Positions 48,049 through 52,199 of a DNA stretch of 52,199 nt are shown here, piece by piece. Source of the stretch: a virus (lineage: Duplodnaviria > Caudoviricetes). The stretch is taken from IMG/VR virus record IMGVR_UViG_3300030059_002282, positions 1 through 52,199 of that record. The stretch is one strand, 5' to 3'. The notes below the pieces were generated by a model. It ran no database searches and was not told where the DNA came from. It worked only from the letters and a program-made list of their open reading frames with translations. Within the stretch, counting starts at the first letter, position 1, and every line of letters starts with the position of its first letter. Made by a program: the position numbers and the translations under genes.

Positions 48049-49682
48049 GCTGTTGCTCCTATGTAGTGATTAACCTTGTCGGCCAACGCAATGGCTTCTG
48101 GTTTACCCAGTGCCTGTGCTGACAGTACATCGATGCCAAATGTCAGATAGAACAGCTTGTATGACTCACTGTCTGACCGGCCTTGTTCTCGTTGTAATTT
48201 TGTCCACCAACCCATCGACTCTCGCAGGGCTGTCTGCATTTCCAACCGTTTGACAGCTGACTTTTTGAAGCCATTGACTGCTGCTTCTGGCATGTGAGCG
48301 CGTTGCATACCTTGTGCCTTCCTCTGCCAATTGTCCACATTGTCAACCGCACCTCTCATCTCAGCCAGTGCCTCAGCGTCCAGCTCGTGCAAGTCACCGT
48401 CCACGAATTCAGGCTTGGATCGGCTGGCGGGCACTGGCTTATGGTCACAATACGGACACCTCACCAGATGCTTCTCATAGGGCTGTGTGCACTCAGGGCA
48501 ATATCGAAGTGGTATGTCATCGTCAGGGTTTAAAGCTGCTGGGCGCTTACCACGGCTGTCCAGTGACCAGATGCGTGGCTTGTCCGGCAGTCCGTGTCGG
48601 ACGACGTTACCCACATGGTCAATGATGATGGCTTTCTCTTTGCCTTCCATGATCCGCAACACCCGACCGAACTGCTGGCAGTAAAGCCCATAGCTTTGGG
48701 TCGGTCGGGCCATGCTGCACACCTCAATTGCCGGTAAATCAAACCCCTCACCAAACAGATCGACATTGACCAGCTGCATAATCTCTCGCCGTCTGAACCG
48801 TCTGACCACCTCACTTCTAACCAGATCAGGGGTGTTGGCCGACACGACTTCAGCCGGTACACCGTTCTTACGGAACTGGCTGGCAATGTCGCCAGCAGTC
48901 TCAACGTCAGATGCAAAGGTGATGCCCAATTTACCTGGGGCTATGCGCATATAGTGCTCAACCACATCGCCCACCACATGACTGGATCGCACCGCCTTCT
49001 TAAGCTTGGCTGGGTTGTAATCACCACTGGCCGTCACTGTGACTGTTTCCAGATCAATGTCAGACGGTGGTGCAAATATTCGATAGTCAGTTAAAAAACC
49101 CATGTCGATCAGGTCGCGCATGTTTGGACCATGCACCATGTGATCCATCACACCATCAGCATGACGACCAAGACCCTTGCCATCAGCGCGACAGGGTGTG
49201 GCTGTCACACCTAGTCCTTTGGCGTGCGGAAATAGATCGGTAGCGGTGCCCCATTTGTTGCCCTGCACAACATGATGACCCTCATCAATTACCCACAGCT
49301 TGACCTGCTGCATCCATCCACTCAATTCTTTGGTACGACGCACAAGTGTATCGACACCAGCCACTGCACAGGCTGCGTTTGGATTGTAAAAGCTCGTACC
49401 CAGTTCGTTGATCTGAGTATTGACCACGAACCTGACCAGTGACTTGGGCCCGATGATGCGGTGTGGTACACCGTTGACCGCTAATGACAATGCTATTTGA
49501 CTGACCAACTCTTTACGGTGGGCGATGGCACAGGTGGGTACGTTCATGGAATTGATGATGTGACTAAAAACGACGGTTTTACCACCACCTGTTGGTAATG
49601 TTGCCATAACATTCTGATGACCAGCATCCCATCCAGCATGTATGTCTGACACTAGATCAAACTGGTATGGCCTAAGTATCAT
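48045..49682 (-). CDS. SF2 DExH helicase with C-terminal Zn finger
   Basis: LRPYQ, PTGGGKT, DEGHH, TATP, QQFGRVLR, CPEC...CPYC. Confidence 0.92.
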   Translation of the reverse strand: MILRPYQFDLVSDIHAGWDAGHQNVMATLPTGGGKTVVFSHIINSMNVPTCAIAHRKELVSQIALSLAVNGVPHRIIGPKSLVRFVVNTQINELGTSFYNPNAACAVAGVDTLVRRTKELSGWMQQVKLWVIDEGHHVVQGNKWGTATDLFPHAKGLGVTATPCRADGKGLGRHADGVMDHMVHGPNMRDLIDMGFLTDYRIFAPPSDIDLETVTVTASGDYNPAKLKKAVRSSHVVGDVVEHYMRIAPGKLGITFASDVETAGDIASQFRKNGVPAEVVSANTPDLVRSEVVRRFRRREIMQLVNVDLFGEGFDLPAIEVCSMARPTQSYGLYCQQFGRVLRIMEGKEKAIIIDHVGNVVRHGLPDKPRIWSLDSRGKRPAALNPDDDIPLRYCPECTQPYEKHLVRCPYCDHKPVPASRSKPEFVDGDLHELDAEALAEMRGAVDNVDNWQRKAQGMQRAHMPEAAVNGFKKSAVKRLEMQTALRESMGWWTKLQREQGRSDSESYKLFYLTFGIDVLSAQALGKPEAIALADKVNHYIGATA

Positions 49683-49803
49683 CGTCAACAGAATCACCCC
49701 TTACTTCTTCTGGTGTCAGTCGAGTGCAGTGGCTGCATCGACTGTCATCGAATAAATATTCGCATTGTTTTTCGCATTGGTAGCAGATATAGGTGTTAGT
49801 CAA
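49672..49803 (-). CDS. 43-aa Zn-finger peptide (TTG start; not in ORF track)
   Basis: aggaga RBS, then MTNTYICYQCEKQCEYLFDDSRCSHCTRL... Confidence 0.55.
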   Translation of the reverse strand: MTNTYICYQCEKQCEYLFDDSRCSHCTRLTPEEVRGDSVDDDT

Positions 49804-49809
49804 TTGAAA

Positions 49810-49866
49810 TCTCCTGTTGACGGGATTGTCAATATACGGGTAGGATGCTCATCCGTCAACAGGAGA
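49810..49866. promoter_or_regulatory. Symmetric divergent promoter/operator with 14-bp perfect inverted repeat
   Basis: tctcctgttgacgg...ccgtcaacaggaga; TTGACG-N18-TAGGAT on +; internal TTGAC-N6-GTCAA. Confidence 0.7.
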
Positions 49867-49872
49867 ATAGAA

Positions 49873-50568
49873 ATGCCAACAATCAACATCACTATCACCC
49901 TCAACGACAATGAGTCGCTGGGTGACGCACTGGAGCAGATGCAATTAGTGCCCAACGATGTACAACAAGATATAACGGGTGCTGCGATTGAAACTCAAAC
50001 ATTACCAGCCGTGCCTGAACCAGCACCAGCACCAGCACCAGCACCAGCACCAGCACCAGCACCAGCACCAGCACCAGCCGTGCCTGAACCACTTGGTGAT
50101 AATGGTCCACCCGAACCGCCTGCTGATCTGGCTGCGTTCATTGCCGAGCCTACACTGGAAGTAACTGAAGGCGGTGAGGTTGTTGATCCCAATCTGGACG
50201 GTGATGGTCTGCCTTGGGATGAACGCATCCACAGTAGCAACGGCCTGAGAACTGGTAAGGGTGTATGGCAGAAGCGCCGGAATGTTGATCCAAGTATTCT
50301 TAAAGAAGTGGTTAATGAACTACTTGGTGTTGTTGCTGTACCTGCACCACCACCTGCACCAACCGGACCACCTGCACCAGCTGGGTCATGGGACTGGAAC
50401 ACACTGGTCAAAGCCTTGACGCAAGCCATCAAAGAGGGGCGCGTCACTAAAGTCACTCAGGATGAAGCGTTGAAAGAACTGGGTATTGATATTTTCCCAC
50501 TGCTGTCACCACGGACCGATCTGTACGATGCGTTCTGTGCAAAGCTGGGGCTTAATCATGACGCATAG
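49873..50568 (+). CDS. Pro/Ala-rich protein with PWDERIH motif
   Basis: Start ATG 49873 after aggaga; DGDGLPWDERIHSS...GVWQKRRNVD. Confidence 0.75.
   Translation: MPTINITITLNDNESLGDALEQMQLVPNDVQQDITGAAIETQTLPAVPEPAPAPAPAPAPAPAPAPAPAVPEPLGDNGPPEPPADLAAFIAEPTLEVTEGGEVVDPNLDGDGLPWDERIHSSNGLRTGKGVWQKRRNVDPSILKEVVNELLGVVAVPAPPPAPTGPPAPAGSWDWNTLVKALTQAIKEGRVTKVTQDEALKELGIDIFPLLSPRTDLYDAFCAKLGLNHDA
50020..50073 (+). repeat. Perfect (CCAGCA)9 coding microsatellite
   Basis: Encodes Pro-Ala repeats; flanked by duplicated accagccgtgcctgaacca (50004-50022, 50073-50091). Confidence 0.95.
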
Positions 50569-51760
50569 TTTCCTAGCACCATCGTCTGCTGATGTGTGGG
50601 TGCACTGTGCTGGCAACCCACTGATGTCCAGTATCTATCCTGATGCGGATACGATTGAAGCACAGGAAGGTGAAGCATCACACTGGGTTGTCAGTGAGGT
50701 GTTGAAAAGCTACGTTAGGTATGGTTGCCATTATGTCATCCCCAGTTACCTGCTCGATGCCACCTGTCCTGAGAATGACATCATCATCAACGCCGATATG
50801 ATCGAGTGTGCTGAGGTCATGATTGATGATGTGCTGTCAGTCTGTCAGGAGTACGGACTGTTGCAGCATCTACACATTGAAGAACGGATGGAGATACCTT
50901 CAATTAGTTCGCTCAACGGTGGTACACCTGACGCTTGGGCCTTCGATATTAAGAACATGCATTTACATCTTTGGGACTACAAGTACGGCCACAAAGATGT
51001 ACAGGCTGACAGCTGGCAGAACAAAAACTACATCGCTGGGATACTCGACATTTTGAAGATCGATGGTTACACCGACCAGCAGATTGATGTGACGATGAAG
51101 ATCGTACAGCCTCGGTCGTATAACGATCAGGGACCGGTGAAAGAGTACAGGTGTTCAGCTTCTGATCTCCGTGGTGAATTCAACTTACTACGATCACAAG
51201 CTACTCTCGCAGAAACCTCAGAACCTGGGGTTATATCTGGCAATCACTGCCGATACTGTCGAGCCCGTCACGCATGTCCGTCGGCCCGATCAGCGGCCAG
51301 CAGTGCAGTTGACTACGCGATGTCTGCAATACCAATGGAGTTGTCAGACGACGGTGTGTCGTTTGAACTGGCACTGCTTGAGCGCGGTATGAAAGCAATC
51401 GAGCATCGCCATGCTGCCATCAAAGAAGATGCCATCAACCGCATCGAGAAAAAAGGTGCATCGATCCAAGGCTATGGCATCACCAGTGGTGTTGGCAATC
51501 GTAAGTACAACAGCACACCACAGGATGAGATTGCCGTGATCGGTGAGTCGGTGGGTATTGAGATGTACAAGCCGCGTGAGTTGATCACACCTGCTGCGTT
51601 TGATAAGCAATTAGCGGCAGTGAACAAGAAGCGAAAAGCGGAGGGTGATGAAGCAATTGACAAAGCCGTCATAAATGATTATCTTGTTCGTCCGTCAACT
51701 GGTATGAAACTCGTACCATCAAATGAAACTCAGGCCATCAAAGCCTTCAAGAGACTTTAA
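50558..51760 (+). CDS. Cas4-like / DUF2800 PD-(D/E)xK exonuclease
   Basis: HSFLAPSS..W..C, GGTPD, WDYKYG, IVQPR, HCRYCRARHACP. Confidence 0.85.
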   Translation: MTHSFLAPSSADVWVHCAGNPLMSSIYPDADTIEAQEGEASHWVVSEVLKSYVRYGCHYVIPSYLLDATCPENDIIINADMIECAEVMIDDVLSVCQEYGLLQHLHIEERMEIPSISSLNGGTPDAWAFDIKNMHLHLWDYKYGHKDVQADSWQNKNYIAGILDILKIDGYTDQQIDVTMKIVQPRSYNDQGPVKEYRCSASDLRGEFNLLRSQATLAETSEPGVISGNHCRYCRARHACPSARSAASSAVDYAMSAIPMELSDDGVSFELALLERGMKAIEHRHAAIKEDAINRIEKKGASIQGYGITSGVGNRKYNSTPQDEIAVIGESVGIEMYKPRELITPAAFDKQLAAVNKKRKAEGDEAIDKAVINDYLVRPSTGMKLVPSNETQAIKAFKRL

Positions 51761-51763
51761 AAT

Positions 51764-52199
51764 ATGACATTTATTAGCGAAAAGTTAGTGCAAATCAACA
51801 ACGTCGTCCTATCGTGGGACGGCTTGCGTAATCCTGAAACTCGCCAGTCGGGTTCAATCAACTACAACCTCGGTTTCCTCATGTCGCTTGCGGCACCTGA
51901 GTACGCTGAGTTGAAATCCATTGTGGATAACAAGCTGCAAACTGGAATTTTCCGTGGTGCATTTCCCGCCAATGGCAATCACCCGCTTGATGGTACAACT
52001 GCGAAACCTAAAGTTCCTCAGCCTGAAAAGTTTGGCCCCGAATATGCCAACCACATCAGCCTGAGTGCTGGTACGACTCGCGGTATCCCACCGATCATTG
52101 ATGCCAACCTTCAGCCGATGCAGCCGATGGTATTTAGCCCAATGCTTTACCCTGGGTGCATCGTCAATGTACTGGTTGACTGCTGGGACTATGACAACA
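51764..52199 (+). CDS. N-terminal part of ssDNA-binding protein (continues at 1-395)
   Basis: Open frame MTFISEKLVQINNVVLSWDGLRNPE... running to the contig end. Confidence 0.8.
   Translation, partial: MTFISEKLVQINNVVLSWDGLRNPETRQSGSINYNLGFLMSLAAPEYAELKSIVDNKLQTGIFRGAFPANGNHPLDGTTAKPKVPQPEKFGPEYANHISLSAGTTRGIPPIIDANLQPMQPMVFSPMLYPGCIVNVLVDCWDYDN
52101..52199. repeat. Terminal direct repeat copy 2
   Basis: Identical to 1-99. Confidence 0.95.

Larger units (their letters stand above)
47487..48059 (-). repeat. 15-bp gene-junction repeat GGAG(C/T)AACAGCATGA, three copies (47487, 47722, 48045)
   Basis: tcatgctgttRctcc; encodes GATA-stop in two genes. Confidence 0.85.

Noticed and set aside
49901-50232. 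VL-, QH- and WC-repeat ORFs
   Set aside because: Alternative frames of the CCAGCA microsatellite
50558-51760. Cas4 as part of a CRISPR system
   Set aside because: Its context between the Pro-rich protein, SSB and polymerase is that of a solo phage exonuclease
52101-52199. Biological direct terminal repeat
   Set aside because: Exactly 99 bp and mid-gene, so best explained as assembler circularisation overlap
1-52199. tRNA genes, integrase/att sites, alternative genetic code
   Set aside because: No tRNA cloverleaf or recombinase motifs seen; genes tile densely under the standard code using all three stop codons

Overview
The window is an apparently complete, circularly assembled genome of a dsDNA podovirus-like phage. 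It has 52,100 unique bp, and bases 1-99 repeat exactly at 52101-52199. No integrase, tRNA, CRISPR array or reverse transcriptase was seen, so the phage is probably lytic. Replication functions are a family B DNA polymerase, an SSB spanning the contig ends, a Cas4-like exonuclease, an SF2 helicase, a VRR-NUC nuclease and an NrS-1-like primase-polymerase/SF3 helicase. The minus-strand morphogenesis operon (35.1 to 3.3 kb) is T7/BPP-1-like: TerS, TerL, M15 endolysin, portal, scaffold, capsid, tail tubular A and B, ejection proteins and a beta-helix tailspike. Accessory genes lie mainly at 35.5-43.6 and 46-48 kb. The most unusual observations are: (1) two accessory mini-genes carrying in-frame copies of fragments of this phage's own virion genes (62/62 bp and 36/38 bp); (2) four local families of gene-junction direct repeats that bracket one or two accessory genes like cassettes; (3) polyvalent ejection proteins whose cargo modules (ART, GHKL ATPase plus zincin, an unknown domain) are delimited by a recurring [T/I]L[S/T/L]Q motif, with a three-gene block apparently splitting the gene; (4) a tail adaptor made of three fused gp11-like domains; (5) a PWDERI micro-domain shared in permuted order by the polymerase and a Pro-rich protein. 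All functional calls come from motif recognition by eye; no database search was run.
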